Shown: positions 50,202 through 60,346 of the stretch, in pieces
Position numbering within the stretch: the first letter of the stretch is position 1
Layout of the letters: each line of letters starts with the position of its first letter
NCBI GenBank assembly: GCA_965248755.1
Contig: OZ252149.1
Span: 978,295 to 1,042,294 of the forward strand
DNA: 64,000 nucleotides
Source: Candidatus Latescibacterota bacterium
GTDB taxonomy: Bacteria; Latescibacterota; CBDEFO01
Direction of reading: 5' to 3'
Made by a program: the position numbers and the translations under genes
Notes under the pieces: model-generated
Seen by the model: only the letters and a program-made list of their open reading frames with translations
Told to the model about the DNA's origin: nothing
The model's database searches: none

Positions 50202-50930
50202 TCACACTATCTGTCGCAGTTGGTATAATACGAGAGCTGTCGAGACTATTCCGGCGGTCTCGGATTTAAGCTTTGTGGGTCCAAGAGAAAAGGTGGATGC
50301 TCCGAATTTGCGAGCTATTTGGACCTCCTCCTTTGTGAACCCTCCCTCAGGACCGATAACGACTCCTACAGATTCTACTCCCTTACATTCAGAAAGCGCA
50401 TCTTTGAGGGTCCCATCCGTTTCGCCCTCCCAGGCCATCAGAAGGACGTCCGTATCGTTATTAAGCAGACAGAGGGAATCGTCAAGGGATAGTGGATTAC
50501 AGATTTGGGGGAGACGGGATCTTCCCGACTGTTTCATAGCCGACTTTGCTATCTTCCTCCACCGCCCTGTTTTCCCCTTCAAAGCGCGCACGGTTCTACA
50601 GGAAATGACCGGCACTATCCTGTAGATTCCGACCTCCACAGCCTTTTCGACCACCAGATCGAATCTGTTTCCTCTTATCAGAGATTGTGCCAAAGTTACC
50701 TTATATTCAGGCTCTCCGACGTTCTGATCGCAAAAGAGGATGTGGCCTTCGAGTCTGTCACTCTCGACAGAATCTATTTCGATCCGGTAGTAATTTCCGA
50801 TGCCATCTACCGCGTCTATGATATCTCCTATGTTAGTCCGCTTTACGTGAATTGCGTGATGAAATTCTTCACCCCTGAGGATGGCGCGGTCTTTACGCAC
50901 GTCATCCGGAGCGATGTAGAAGCCGGACAT
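50202..50930 (-). CDS. rsmE: 16S rRNA (uracil1498-N3)-methyltransferase RsmE
   Basis: PUA-like N-terminus and SPOUT C-terminus (..VVIGPEGGFTKEEV..GPTKLKSETAGI..). Confidence 0.85.
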   Translation of the reverse strand: MSGFYIAPDDVRKDRAILRGEEFHHAIHVKRTNIGDIIDAVDGIGNYYRIEIDSVESDRLEGHILFCDQNVGEPEYKVTLAQSLIRGNRFDLVVEKAVEVGIYRIVPVISCRTVRALKGKTGRWRKIAKSAMKQSGRSRLPQICNPLSLDDSLCLLNNDTDVLLMAWEGETDGTLKDALSECKGVESVGVVIGPEGGFTKEEVQIARKFGASTFSLGPTKLKSETAGIVSTALVLYQLRQIV

Positions 50931-51898
50931 TACTTTCCTTTCGAGATGGCCGATATTCCCACCCACTGGCCCATCTTCTCCGACGAGGGATTCTCAAATC
51001 CCCGCTCTTTGAGTTTTGAGCTGAATAGATCCTCCTCAGATGCCAGAATACCAGAAAAAATAACCCTTCCCCTGGGCTTGAGAAGCTCTTTGAATCTGTC
51101 TAAACAGGGAAGGAGAGCCTGTGTCTCTATGTTAGCCACAATAAGGTCAAAATCTCTGGCGGCTATATCTGTTACTGTACCGGTCTGGAGGAGGACTTTA
51201 GAGGAGACGTTGTTCAAAGTTAAATTCTCCCCTGCATCCCTTATCGCCTGTAGATCTATGTCAACAGCCACTATCCTTTCTGCCCCTAATTTGGCGGCCG
51301 CGATGCTCTGTATTCCCGTTCCTGTCCCCACATCGAGCACAAAATCTCCTTTTCGCATCGTTTTTTCCAAAAGCAGAAGCGCAACCTGTGTGGTCTCGTG
51401 CTTACCCGTCCCGAACGCCATCTTTGGATCGATAACGATAAAAAGTGGAGCGTTCACTTCGGTCTTGGAAGGACTTTTCCCCCAAGGAGGGATAATAATA
51501 ATCTTTTCGGAGATCCTAACCGGAGGGAAGTGCAGCCGCCTTTTAGCCTCCCAATTCAAGGCTTTCAAATCACAAAGCAAAGGAGGCAAGATCGAAGTCA
51601 GAGAGCCGATATCTAAGAGACAACGCAGGTAGATATCCAGTCGGAATAGAATCTCCTCGGGGTCTGTTGTCCTGTGAAAATAGGCGGTCAATTTGACGAA
51701 AGGGTCAGACGATGCCTCGTCCAACTGGATTCCCAAACTTCCCATCTCCATCAGGAAGTTAGCCACCGAGTCCGCAGATTGGTATGATACCTGTATCTTT
51801 AACTCGAACCAATCCCTATCCTGAGAGGCCTGTCCTTTTACATCCGTCACATTGTCAGCCCCTATAGTCACTGTACGTTCAACTAAGTATCGGGTCAA
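50930..51898 (-). CDS. prmA: ribosomal protein L11 methyltransferase
   Basis: ..VLDVGTGTGIQSIAAAKLGAERIVAVDID.. SAM-binding motif and PrmA N-terminal domain. Confidence 0.85.
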   Translation of the reverse strand: MTRYLVERTVTIGADNVTDVKGQASQDRDWFELKIQVSYQSADSVANFLMEMGSLGIQLDEASSDPFVKLTAYFHRTTDPEEILFRLDIYLRCLLDIGSLTSILPPLLCDLKALNWEAKRRLHFPPVRISEKIIIIPPWGKSPSKTEVNAPLFIVIDPKMAFGTGKHETTQVALLLLEKTMRKGDFVLDVGTGTGIQSIAAAKLGAERIVAVDIDLQAIRDAGENLTLNNVSSKVLLQTGTVTDIAARDFDLIVANIETQALLPCLDRFKELLKPRGRVIFSGILASEEDLFSSKLKERGFENPSSEKMGQWVGISAISKGK

Positions 51899-51924
51899 AA
51901 TAGTCTGGATTGGTGATTATAGAG

Positions 51925-52032
51925 ATCCAAAATAGTGGACAGCAAATAGTAGACGAGGCAGTTTAAGTGAGATTGCTTTGCTTCGCTCACAATGACGGTT
52001 TGGAGGAGAGGCGGCACCCCCTGTTTACTGTC
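51925..52032. repeat. MITE-like: family C arms (AGTGGACAGCAAATAGTAGACGAGG / CCCCCTGTTTACTGTCTTACTATTG) flanking family A core (GAGATTGCTTTGCTTCGCTCACAATGAC)
   Basis: Same architecture as 7494-7769, about 105 bp. Confidence 0.65.
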
Positions 52033-52035
52033 TTA

Positions 52036-53187
52036 CTATTGAAAAGCATCTTTGAATTTTTGGAAGAATCCCTTTTCAGATACGGGAGGAGAGATATTTT
52101 CGTGTTTGGCTAGTTCTCTGAAGAGCTCTCTTTCTTCTTGACTAAGTTTAGTTGGCGTCCAAACCGTAACTTTGACCAATTGATCGCCCCTTCCCGATCC
52201 GTTCAACTTAGGTATAGCCTTTCCTCTGAGTCGAAGTATCTGGCCGGACTGAGTTCCTGGTTTTATTGTCATTTTGACCCGTCCCGAAAGAGTTGGAACC
52301 TCCACTTCATCTCCCAAAGCAGCTTGGGTGACGTCTATTAGATGTTCGTAGAGCACATCGTCTCCGTGCCTTTCGAAATACTCATGTTCCTCTTCTTCTA
52401 GGAAGACCAGAAGGTCACCTCGGGGTCCACCTTTGGGTCCGGCGTCTCCCTGCTCGCGCATAGAAATATAGTTTCCCGCAGCCACACCGGCCGGAACATC
52501 TACAGAGATAGTAGTTGAGCTTTGCACTCTTCCCTCACCCGAGCATTTGTGGCACTGCTTATCTATCGCCTGTCCTTCCCCACCACAGGTCGGACAGGTC
52601 GTCACGTTGATGAACTGACCGAACAGCGACCTGGATGCCTGTCTTACCTCTCCGCTCCCGCTACAGGTCGGACAGGTCTTTGGAGACGTTCCTGGCTCAG
52701 CTCCGCTCCCCTGACAGACATCGCAGCGCTCCAACCGTGAAACCCTCACCTTCTTCTGGACGCCTGTAGATATCTCCTCCAAAGTCAGCCTTAAAGTGAT
52801 CCTTCTATCCCTTCCCTTTCGAGGACTGCCTCTCCTTGAGCGTCTCCTGGAACCGAAGAAGTCCTCAAAAAGGCTGCCGCCGAAAAGGTTCCCTAATACA
52901 TCCTCAAGATCCGCAGCGTGCGTAAAATCCGACCACTGGAAATTCCCCGTTCCAAACGAACCACCCAGACCCTCGTGCCCAAATCGGTCGTAGGCAGATC
53001 TCTTTTCAGAATCGGTCAGAACCTCGTAGGCCTCGGATGCCTCTTTGAACTTTTCCTCTGCCTCATTATCTCCAGGGTTTCTGTCCGGATGAAATTTGAG
53101 AGCCTGTTTTCTGTAAGCTTTCTTTATCTCCTCAAGAGAGGAGCCTTTGTCTATTTCCAATATCTCGTAATAATCGCGTTTTGCCAT
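52036..53187 (-). CDS. dnaJ: molecular chaperone DnaJ
   Basis: J-domain (..[16 protein letters not shown]..), G/F region, four CxxCxG zinc-finger repeats, C-terminal domains. Confidence 0.95.
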   Translation of the reverse strand: MAKRDYYEILEIDKGSSLEEIKKAYRKQALKFHPDRNPGDNEAEEKFKEASEAYEVLTDSEKRSAYDRFGHEGLGGSFGTGNFQWSDFTHAADLEDVLGNLFGGSLFEDFFGSRRRSRRGSPRKGRDRRITLRLTLEEISTGVQKKVRVSRLERCDVCQGSGAEPGTSPKTCPTCSGSGEVRQASRSLFGQFINVTTCPTCGGEGQAIDKQCHKCSGEGRVQSSTTISVDVPAGVAAGNYISMREQGDAGPKGGPRGDLLVFLEEEEHEYFERHGDDVLYEHLIDVTQAALGDEVEVPTLSGRVKMTIKPGTQSGQILRLRGKAIPKLNGSGRGDQLVKVTVWTPTKLSQEERELFRELAKHENISPPVSEKGFFQKFKDAFQ

Positions 53188-53218
53188 TTAACTATGTCCG
53201 TTTAATAGGTTCTTCCTG

Positions 53219-53812
53219 CTATTTGTTTACCACGACCTTTGCATGGCGGATTACCTTATCCTTGAGCATATATCCCTTTTCAACTTCTTCGATCACGGTG
53301 CTCGAATCCTGCCCTTCTTCCTCCAACTGCATTACGGCTTCATGGAAATCGGGATCGAAGGGTTTACCCAAAGACTCTATCGTCCGGAGTCCCTCTTTGC
53401 TTAAGACACCCTTGAACTGTTCCAATATCATCTCGATTCCCTTCTTGAGAGCCTGCGGATCCGTATCATCTTCGACGTGATTTAGCGATCTTTCAATGTT
53501 GTCCAAAACAGAGATCAACTGCACTATCAAATCCTCGTTTGCCGTCTTGATAAGCGTTGCGAACTCCTTTTGGGTGCGCTTTTTGTAATTCTCAAACTCC
53601 GCTTTCAATCTAATCCATCTGTCGTAATGCCCATTTGCCTGTGCCTTAATCTTATCTAATTCTTCTTTGAGTTTATCTTTTTCACTTTCCTGCTCTCCTT
53701 CTGTGTTTTCTACCGTGTCCCCAGAATCGTCAGCAAGGTCTGATTTTACCTTTCGTGTTTGCGTCTCCTCATCCTGTTCCTGCTCATCTTGAAGATCGGT
53801 CTCTTTTGCCAT
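53219..53812 (-). CDS. grpE: nucleotide exchange factor GrpE
   Basis: Coiled-coil N-terminus and conserved GrpE C-terminal beta-domain (..VMQLEEEGQDSSTVIEEVEKGYMLKDKVIRHAKVVV). Confidence 0.9.
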   Translation of the reverse strand: MAKETDLQDEQEQDEETQTRKVKSDLADDSGDTVENTEGEQESEKDKLKEELDKIKAQANGHYDRWIRLKAEFENYKKRTQKEFATLIKTANEDLIVQLISVLDNIERSLNHVEDDTDPQALKKGIEMILEQFKGVLSKEGLRTIESLGKPFDPDFHEAVMQLEEEGQDSSTVIEEVEKGYMLKDKVIRHAKVVVNK

Positions 53813-53844
53813 TCTGCATCCAACCTCCGCGATATCTTAACTTA

Positions 53845-54873
53845 TTATAGAAGACTGCTCGTCAGTTCGCACGCGTATTTAACCAACGCTGTCAATCTGT
53901 TATACTTCATCCTGGTCGGGCCTATCAAGCCTATAATGCCGGCGTTCCCGCCGACAACATAGGAAGAGGTAACCATACTGCACATCTCCATCCCCTCAGC
54001 CCTATTTTCATGACCGATAGTTATGGAGATTCCTTCTTCATCTGTATTCTTGTGGAGCATATAGACAACGGACTCCCTGTCCTCCAGAAGATTCATAAGG
54101 TCTGAAATTTTTTCTCTATCGCTAAACTCAGGCTGCATAAAAACATTGGTGGTTCCGTCTAGGTAGAGCCTACCTAGACCAACGAAATCAAAAAGGACGT
54201 TAACCTCTTCAACTACTATTTGGATCAGTTTAGGATTTCCTCTGGATACCGATTTGAACCTGTCCTTTATAGATCTTCTGATCTGGCCTATTGAAAGTCC
54301 AGATAGCCTGTCGTTTAATATGCCAGCGGTCTCCAAAAGCTCATCGGACGATATTCTGGAATCTAACTCCACTGTGACCGTCTTGATAGGGCCAGAAACA
54401 ACCTTAAGTACTAAAAGGAGCTTATAAGTTGTGAACGATACTAACTCAACTTTCTCAAGTAAGCCATTTTCAAAGCGGGGAGCCAGAGCGATACCGAGCT
54501 GTTTCGATACATCTGCAATAGCTTTGGAGACCTGCTCCAGGATGTTTTCGATATCACCTTCCCTGATGTGTGAACGCACCGCTTGACTGATCAAAGACTT
54601 CTCAGTGCTTGTTAATATCCCATCCCCCATAAGAAGATCCACATAACACCGATAGCCTTTATCAGTAGGGATCCGGCCCGCAGACGTATGAGGCTGGCGG
54701 ACGTAGCCTTTTTCCTCCAGGTCAGCCATAGAATTCCTGATTGTAGCTGGACTCACCCCAAGAGAACCGGTTTGAGATATTGCCCTCGATCCGATGGGTT
54801 CAGCCCTGTCTATATATGCGTCGACCAGAAAGTGAAGGATAGTTTTCTCCCGCCCTGATAATACATCATCCAT
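53845..54873 (-). CDS. hrcA: heat-inducible transcription repressor HrcA
   Basis: Winged-helix N-terminus ..REKTILHFLVDAYIDRAEPIGSRAIS..; start set at MDDVLSG because the upstream ATG (54927) would place the CIRCE operator inside the CDS. Confidence 0.85.
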   Translation of the reverse strand: MDDVLSGREKTILHFLVDAYIDRAEPIGSRAISQTGSLGVSPATIRNSMADLEEKGYVRQPHTSAGRIPTDKGYRCYVDLLMGDGILTSTEKSLISQAVRSHIREGDIENILEQVSKAIADVSKQLGIALAPRFENGLLEKVELVSFTTYKLLLVLKVVSGPIKTVTVELDSRISSDELLETAGILNDRLSGLSIGQIRRSIKDRFKSVSRGNPKLIQIVVEEVNVLFDFVGLGRLYLDGTTNVFMQPEFSDREKISDLMNLLEDRESVVYMLHKNTDEEGISITIGHENRAEGMEMCSMVTSSYVVGGNAGIIGLIGPTRMKYNRLTALVKYACELTSSLL

Positions 54874-54914
54874 GGTATACCTCTTTTGGTCTTTTTGTGT
54901 TTGCGCTCGGCTCC

Positions 54915-54941
54915 TTAGCACTTTCACATCTTGAGTGCTAA
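54915..54941. promoter_or_regulatory. CIRCE operator (HrcA binding site) TTAGCACTT-N9-GAGTGCTAA
   Basis: Exact 9-bp inverted repeat separated by 9 bp, consensus TTAGCACTC-N9-GAGTGCTAA, directly upstream of hrcA-grpE-dnaJ. Confidence 0.85.
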
Positions 54942-55133
54942 GATACTCTACACCATATATTATTAGATAACCTGGCTTTTGTCAAGTCAAAATACGTTCT
55001 TAATAGGATGCTACTTGGTAACATCGTGGAGATTAATCCTTGACAAATGCCTATAGAATAGATATATTGCCAAAGAAGTATCATGTTCGCATATAACCAC
55101 CAGATTCATATATAGACGGACAGGGCATATCCT

Positions 55134-55793
55134 ATGGGTAAAATAGACGCCATAATCGTCGCAGCAATCGTCATCAGCGTCATCTACAGCCTCTTCAGGG
55201 GCTTTCTCAAAGACTTGATGTCTGCCGTATCCGTTATCGCTGCAATCATCATAGCGGCTTATATCCAGAAGATCCCTCAAGGCTGGGCAGAAGAGCTATT
55301 CGGAGAGCCGGGACTCGGGATTCGTCTTTTAAGTTTAGGAGTCCCTTTCATCATTATATTCATCGTCCTAAAGACGGTCACAACTCTACTCAGAGGAATC
55401 CTTGGGGTGCTCTCAAAGCCGATCGACAAGGTTCTAGGAGGGGTAGTCGGACTCGCTAAAGTGATCATGTTAGTAGCTGTGACACTATTTTTAATTAACG
55501 CATACGCGGATGATCCCGATCAGATCATAGGAGATTCGGTAATCGCCCCTTGGATAATAGACAGATCGGGATTCCTGGCTGACCTCTTCCCTGACGACTT
55601 GACGGATGAGCTTGAGAAGTTAGACGAAGCCATGAAGGAGCTGAAGGACTACAAAGAGGAAATAAGCGATACAAGTCATATAACGGAAACACGCAAGAAA
55701 ATAGGAAAGGCCCAATTGAGAAAGGCTGAGATAGAAAGTAAAATGAAGGAGATAGAGGAAAAGAGAAAGGAGGTGCTGTCAGGAACTAAGTAA
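55134..55793 (+). CDS. cvpA: CvpA-family membrane protein with C-terminal coiled-coil extension
   Basis: Four TM helices with the CvpA pattern (MGKIDAIIVAAIVISVIYSLFRGFLKDL..), followed by a K/E-rich helical tail. Confidence 0.7.
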   Translation: MGKIDAIIVAAIVISVIYSLFRGFLKDLMSAVSVIAAIIIAAYIQKIPQGWAEELFGEPGLGIRLLSLGVPFIIIFIVLKTVTTLLRGILGVLSKPIDKVLGGVVGLAKVIMLVAVTLFLINAYADDPDQIIGDSVIAPWIIDRSGFLADLFPDDLTDELEKLDEAMKELKDYKEEISDTSHITETRKKIGKAQLRKAEIESKMKEIEEKRKEVLSGTK

Positions 55794-55966
55794 CCGATCA
55801 TTCTTGAAGATCCAAAAGGAGGAAGGCTTTTCGTCGCTTATGGAGTAAGGGTCGCGTACCTAATCTGCTCCGCTGAAACTAAGAATCAGCTTGTGCGTCA
55901 GCTAATAGAGATTTTCTATGGCGGCAGGGATCCTAAACGACAATTTCCCAAGACCGATACAACGTA

Positions 55967-56845
55967 ATGGGATTACATATAGCTCTGATCCTTTTAATAT
56001 ATCTTCTCCTCCCTGATACTTTGTTTGCCGGGGCGTGGATCCTTCCGAAGAAGAGTCTCTGGACTAAAGTCTCTTTCTTCCACGAATCGGACAAAGAGAG
56101 ATTCTGTCCCGAAAGAGAGACCTGTAAAGACGGAGAGAAAGTCCCTTTAAGTCTTTTCACCGATGACGCTGAGAACGTCTCCACAGTTCTATCAGTTGAT
56201 GTATCCTATGCATTGACCGACAGGTTAGAAATAGGGACTCAGATACCTTACTTCAGGTTGGATTTTGAGGAAAACCTCGGTAACATAGCAGTTACAGATA
56301 TATCTAGCGCTGGATTCGGAGACATAAGATTCTTTGGAAGATATAACGTTCTGTCTGAGCCAGCCGTCGTGACGGTCAAAATAGGGGTCAAAGCCCCGGT
56401 AGGAAAGTTCGACAACGACATCTTTGCACTGCCTGTGGGCGAAGGTCAATGGGATGTGGAGTATTTCCTCCAGATCGGAAGATCGCTCTATCCGATCCCT
56501 GGATATGTCAATCTGGACATCGGCTACAGGTCCAGGCAGGAAAACGACACTAACAAGTTCAGACCGGGAGATGAGTTTGTATTCCTTGCAGAGATAGGAT
56601 ACACCGCACTTCATGGGATAGGGTTAAAAGCCACAACTTCAGGCCTATTTGGAAGGGATCCTGAAAACTCAGGCATAAGCGCCAGCGGAGCTCGCCGTCA
56701 GATAATATATATGGGGCAGGGGATAATCTTGGGTCCTGTAATGGGAGTGAATATAGAAACTTCTTTGAAATTGCCTGTAAAAGGCTTAAATTTTCCAGCG
56801 GGCGCTCAGTTCTTAGGGGAAATTTCCTATAACATCAGTCTGTAG
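55967..56845 (+). CDS. outer-membrane beta-barrel protein (same putative transporter family as 6687..7493)
   Basis: Signal peptide; alternating beta-strands. Confidence 0.45.
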   Translation: MGLHIALILLIYLLLPDTLFAGAWILPKKSLWTKVSFFHESDKERFCPERETCKDGEKVPLSLFTDDAENVSTVLSVDVSYALTDRLEIGTQIPYFRLDFEENLGNIAVTDISSAGFGDIRFFGRYNVLSEPAVVTVKIGVKAPVGKFDNDIFALPVGEGQWDVEYFLQIGRSLYPIPGYVNLDIGYRSRQENDTNKFRPGDEFVFLAEIGYTALHGIGLKATTSGLFGRDPENSGISASGARRQIIYMGQGIILGPVMGVNIETSLKLPVKGLNFPAGAQFLGEISYNISL

Positions 56846-56949
56846 AATCTTCAGCTACAGATCTTAAGCTCTACCGAAAGGGACCCTGCTTTAAAAAGAC
56901 CGCTGGGTCTGGGGTCTCTGCTTTTAATTGCTCCTCACAACCGGAAAGA

Positions 56950-57807
56950 ATGTTAATTATGAAATTCAGAAAGCTCGTTTTCTTATCGTTGTTCTCCGTA
57001 AGCATGGGATTCATATGGGGCTGTGGAGACGATGAAGAAAGCCCCTTGACACCTGGCAGCGGTACTCCAATAGAGGGCGCATATTCTATAAAGACCGTCA
57101 GGTTCTCCACAAGCGATGATCTTACAATATCTGGAGGCTGGACCCTTCCCAAGATGGAGAAAGACAAATTCCCGGCGGTGATCCTCCTTCACTCACTCCG
57201 CTCCGACCGCGACAATTGGATCTTAAGTTCTCTTTGGACTGAGCTTCTCGAGGGCGGATACGCTGTGCTTCGGATAGATCTTCGAGGACACGGAGAAAGC
57301 CAAAATCCTGGCGGTCGTTCGTGCGATTTGTCATCTTGTACCCTGACTATACAGGATCTGGAAAACACTCCTCTGGATGTTAAGGGAGCCTTAGACTGGC
57401 TCTTTAGCAAACCTGAGGTAGATACGGACAAAATCGCCCTTATCGGCGAGGATATAGGAGCCAATGTCGCTTATGTAAGTTCAGGGGCTTTCAGCGGGAT
57501 CAAGACCGCTGTTTTAATTTCACCTGTAGCTTTGCAGAGCGCAAGTACAGGAGAGACCATCCTGATCGCGCCCCGGTTTGTGGGAGCCGACGCTGGGAGC
57601 TTCAGTCCTCGTTCTATTCTCTTTGTAGCGTCTCAAGCTGATTCAAATTCTGTATTCATGGTCGACAACATGCTGCCGCTTACATCAGAACCGAGGGGAT
57701 CCATAGGGATTAGCGATACCAATGCCCACGGCATCGCAACGTTGGCAATCCAAGGGGTTAGGAACGCGATTATAGAGTGGCTGAGGGACAGATTAGGAGA
57801 GGAGTAA
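56950..57807 (+). CDS. secreted alpha/beta-hydrolase (dienelactone hydrolase/S9-like) lipoprotein
   Basis: Lipobox ..GFIWGCGDDEE; ..FPAVILLHSLRSDRDNW.. and ..IALIGEDIGANVAY.. (nucleophile elbow variant). Confidence 0.6.
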   Translation: MLIMKFRKLVFLSLFSVSMGFIWGCGDDEESPLTPGSGTPIEGAYSIKTVRFSTSDDLTISGGWTLPKMEKDKFPAVILLHSLRSDRDNWILSSLWTELLEGGYAVLRIDLRGHGESQNPGGRSCDLSSCTLTIQDLENTPLDVKGALDWLFSKPEVDTDKIALIGEDIGANVAYVSSGAFSGIKTAVLISPVALQSASTGETILIAPRFVGADAGSFSPRSILFVASQADSNSVFMVDNMLPLTSEPRGSIGISDTNAHGIATLAIQGVRNAIIEWLRDRLGEE

Positions 57808-57840
57808 TTATCTAGAGATCAAAAACTAAATTGCGCGATT

Positions 57841-59100
57841 ATGGGGGGAGTGATCGTAGCTTCTCGAAAGGAGCGGATAAAGGTGCTAAGATTACTCTTG
57901 ACCGCATTAGGTGTACCTGTTATTTTTCTCTCCATCTCCTGCGGCGGTAGTGGCACAGACAGAGACACTAATATCCTATCGCCAGGATCTGAGTCTGATA
58001 ATACCAATCAAACTCCCTCTGATTCAGAAGCTCCCCAGCCTGGTGGAGATATTGCAGATCAGATCCCTGTTGAAGACGGTGGAACTGGCGAATCTGCAGT
58101 CTCTTCATTTTCTCCCTTCAGGATCAAAGATAAAGAGACCGGAACCGTCTGGAACATCAAAGGTGAAGCTGAAAGCGGCCCCCTTAAAGGTGCCGTCTCG
58201 AACAGATAGCAGCCTACAGTGCATATTGGTTCGCCTGGGCATCTTTCTGGCAACGCACTCAGATATGGAGTCCTGATGGAACATCCTCAGAAAATCTGGT
58301 CTTCAGAGAAGTTTCCCCCGGCGAAATATTTCAGGATCTCCCAAAAGATGCAATCCCTCCTTTAGATTCCCCCCTCTTTCTGAATGCAGATGAATCGTTC
58401 GGCCTCTTCGACGACGACATAATCCTGGGAGTAGCCATCAATGGCGATGCCAAAGCTTACCCCATAAGGATTATGAACTGGCACGAGATAGTAAATCATT
58501 CGGTCGGCGGACAGAAGATATCCGTGACCTACTGTCCCTTGACCGCATCAGGCGTCAACTTTGACGCATCAGAGACAGAGTTCGGAAACACAGGAGCACT
58601 CTTCAACAACAATGTGGTTGTATATGACAGAGAAAATCGGGATTACTGGACTCAGATGGGGTTTACCAATCTGACTGGAAGCATGGGCGAAAAGGAGCTT
58701 ACGATGCTCCCTATAGTCCAGACTACGTGGGGAATGTAGAGGAAACTCTATCCCGACACAGAGGTCTTGTCTTTCGATAGCAGGATATAGAAGGAACTAT
58801 GACGTAGACCGCTACGTCGAAGCTGGGTACACTGTCCAGGAAGTCGTATGGTTTAGGCAATTTGTCCCTATTGACAGACGTCTGAATTTAAAAGAGATGG
58901 TCCTGGGCCTTGTGGACAAAGAGGCGGAAATCGCCAGAGCTTATCCGTACTCCAACATGGGGAATCAGGCTGCGATAAACGACAATTTCGTCGGACGCGA
59001 TGTTCTGATCCTCTATAAAGGTTCCGGACTCTTGGCCATAGCCTACGAAAAATCGGTGTCTGGAATGACTCTTACCTTCGACATTATCCCAAATATATAA
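57841..59100 (+). pseudogene. DUF3179-family lipoprotein gene disrupted by at least two frameshifts (ORF fragments 57841..58209, 58473..58739, 58897..59100)
   Basis: Fragments together reconstruct ..DDDIILGVAINGDAKAYPIRIMNWHEIVNHSVGGQKISVTYCPLTASGVNFD..GEKELTMLPIVQTTWGM / ..YPDTEVLSFDSR.. / ..DVLILYKGSGLLAIAYEKSVSGMTLTF.., the DUF3179 signature (AYP.RI.NWHEIVND..GG..v.VTYCPLC). Confidence 0.5.
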
Positions 59101-59296
59101 GCAGATTTCAAACAGTAGAAAGCATACAGGGCATCCCCACTCCTTCGCAATTCCTGTCTACGAAATTGCTTTTTTCGCTCACAGTGGAAGCTTCTGAAAC
59201 GTTTAGTCATTGAAAGGGGAGTCTATGTCTACTGGGGCGAAACCGTGGGTTTTCCCCTACATTCATCTCTACGGGCGACGCGTGTGTTTGTCCCTG

Positions 59297-60070
59297 CTAC
59301 TGACTACTGTCTACTGCTCTTAGCTGGTCCATCACCCGGCGCACTATCTCTCGTATAGTATCCTGATCCACCTCCTGATCGCGACTTTCACAGGAATCTT
59401 GAGGGCCCTCTTCCGCTGTCTCACACAGAAGGTCTCCGGGTCTGTAGCTCGTATCCATAAGCCTCTGAACCTTTTCCGAAGAAAGGACGTTTACGTTTCC
59501 CATCTGACGGGCGATGTAGATGATCTGAGCCGAATGCTCCACAGTCTCCATCTTGTAGTAGGCGTCCATCAGGTCCTTACCCACTGTCAGAGCACCATGG
59601 TTCTCCAGCAAAAGAGCGTCATAATCGCGCACGTATTTTCGTACGGACTCAGGGACCTCCTCCGTAGAGGGAGTGCCGTACCTGGTCAATGGGATCGAGC
59701 CCAACTGCAGAATAACCTCAGGCAGAACGCATTCTCTGATCGAGATACCTGCTACTGCAAAGCCTGTTGCATAGGGGGGATGAGCGTGAACCACACCAGC
59801 CACATCTGCTCTCTCCTTGTATACCATAAGGTGCATCTTGATCTCCGACGACGGCTTCAATCCGCCCGATACTACCCTCCCATCCAGATCGCAGAGGACC
59901 AACTGATCCTCACTTAAGAATCCCTTGCTAAAGCCGCTCGGAGTCGAAAGGATCCGATCGTTAGTGACCTTTGCGCTCACGTTGCCTTCGCTTGCCACCA
60001 CATATCCCCGCTCATACATCCTCTTGCAGACCTCTAAAACCTCTCTTTTTATCCTGTAAGCCGAATTCAT
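59297..60070 (-). CDS. class II aldolase/adducin-family protein (fuculose-1-phosphate aldolase-like)
   Basis: ..GYVVASEGNVSAKV.., ..VVHAHPPYATGFAV.., ..ENHGALTVGKDLMDAYYKMETVEH.. conserved class II aldolase metal/active-site regions. Confidence 0.85.
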   Translation of the reverse strand: MNSAYRIKREVLEVCKRMYERGYVVASEGNVSAKVTNDRILSTPSGFSKGFLSEDQLVLCDLDGRVVSGGLKPSSEIKMHLMVYKERADVAGVVHAHPPYATGFAVAGISIRECVLPEVILQLGSIPLTRYGTPSTEEVPESVRKYVRDYDALLLENHGALTVGKDLMDAYYKMETVEHSAQIIYIARQMGNVNVLSSEKVQRLMDTSYRPGDLLCETAEEGPQDSCESRDQEVDQDTIREIVRRVMDQLRAVDSSQ

Positions 60071-60073
60071 CTT

Positions 60074-60346
60074 TCAAGCTTCTCCATCTACCGAATCTAT
60101 CACTCCAACTATCACCGACCTCAGGGGCGCGACTTCCAGATCCAATATTTGCCTTGCTCCGATCCCCTCACTCATGACAAGCACCGTCTCGCCTGCGCCT
60201 GCGCCTACACTATCGACCGCCAGAAACGTCTCCTCTTGAGGTTTAAGATCCGTGTCCAGAGCCTGAACGATCATCAACTTCCTTCCCGAATAAGCTCCGT
60301 TCTTTATCGTAGATACGACACTGCCAATCACCTTAGCGATCTTCAC
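60074..60346 (-). CDS. EutN/CcmL/PduN-family bacterial-microcompartment vertex (BMC-P) protein, paralog 1
   Basis: MKIAKVIGSVVSTIKNGAYSGRKLMIVQ..AVDSVGAGAGETVLVMSEGIGAR..VIVGVIDSVD aligns position-by-position with E. coli EutN (VIGTVVSTQK..KKLLLV..AVDNVQAGVGEWVLLSRGSAAR..VVVGIVD). Confidence 0.85.
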   Translation of the reverse strand: MKIAKVIGSVVSTIKNGAYSGRKLMIVQALDTDLKPQEETFLAVDSVGAGAGETVLVMSEGIGARQILDLEVAPLRSVIVGVIDSVDGEA

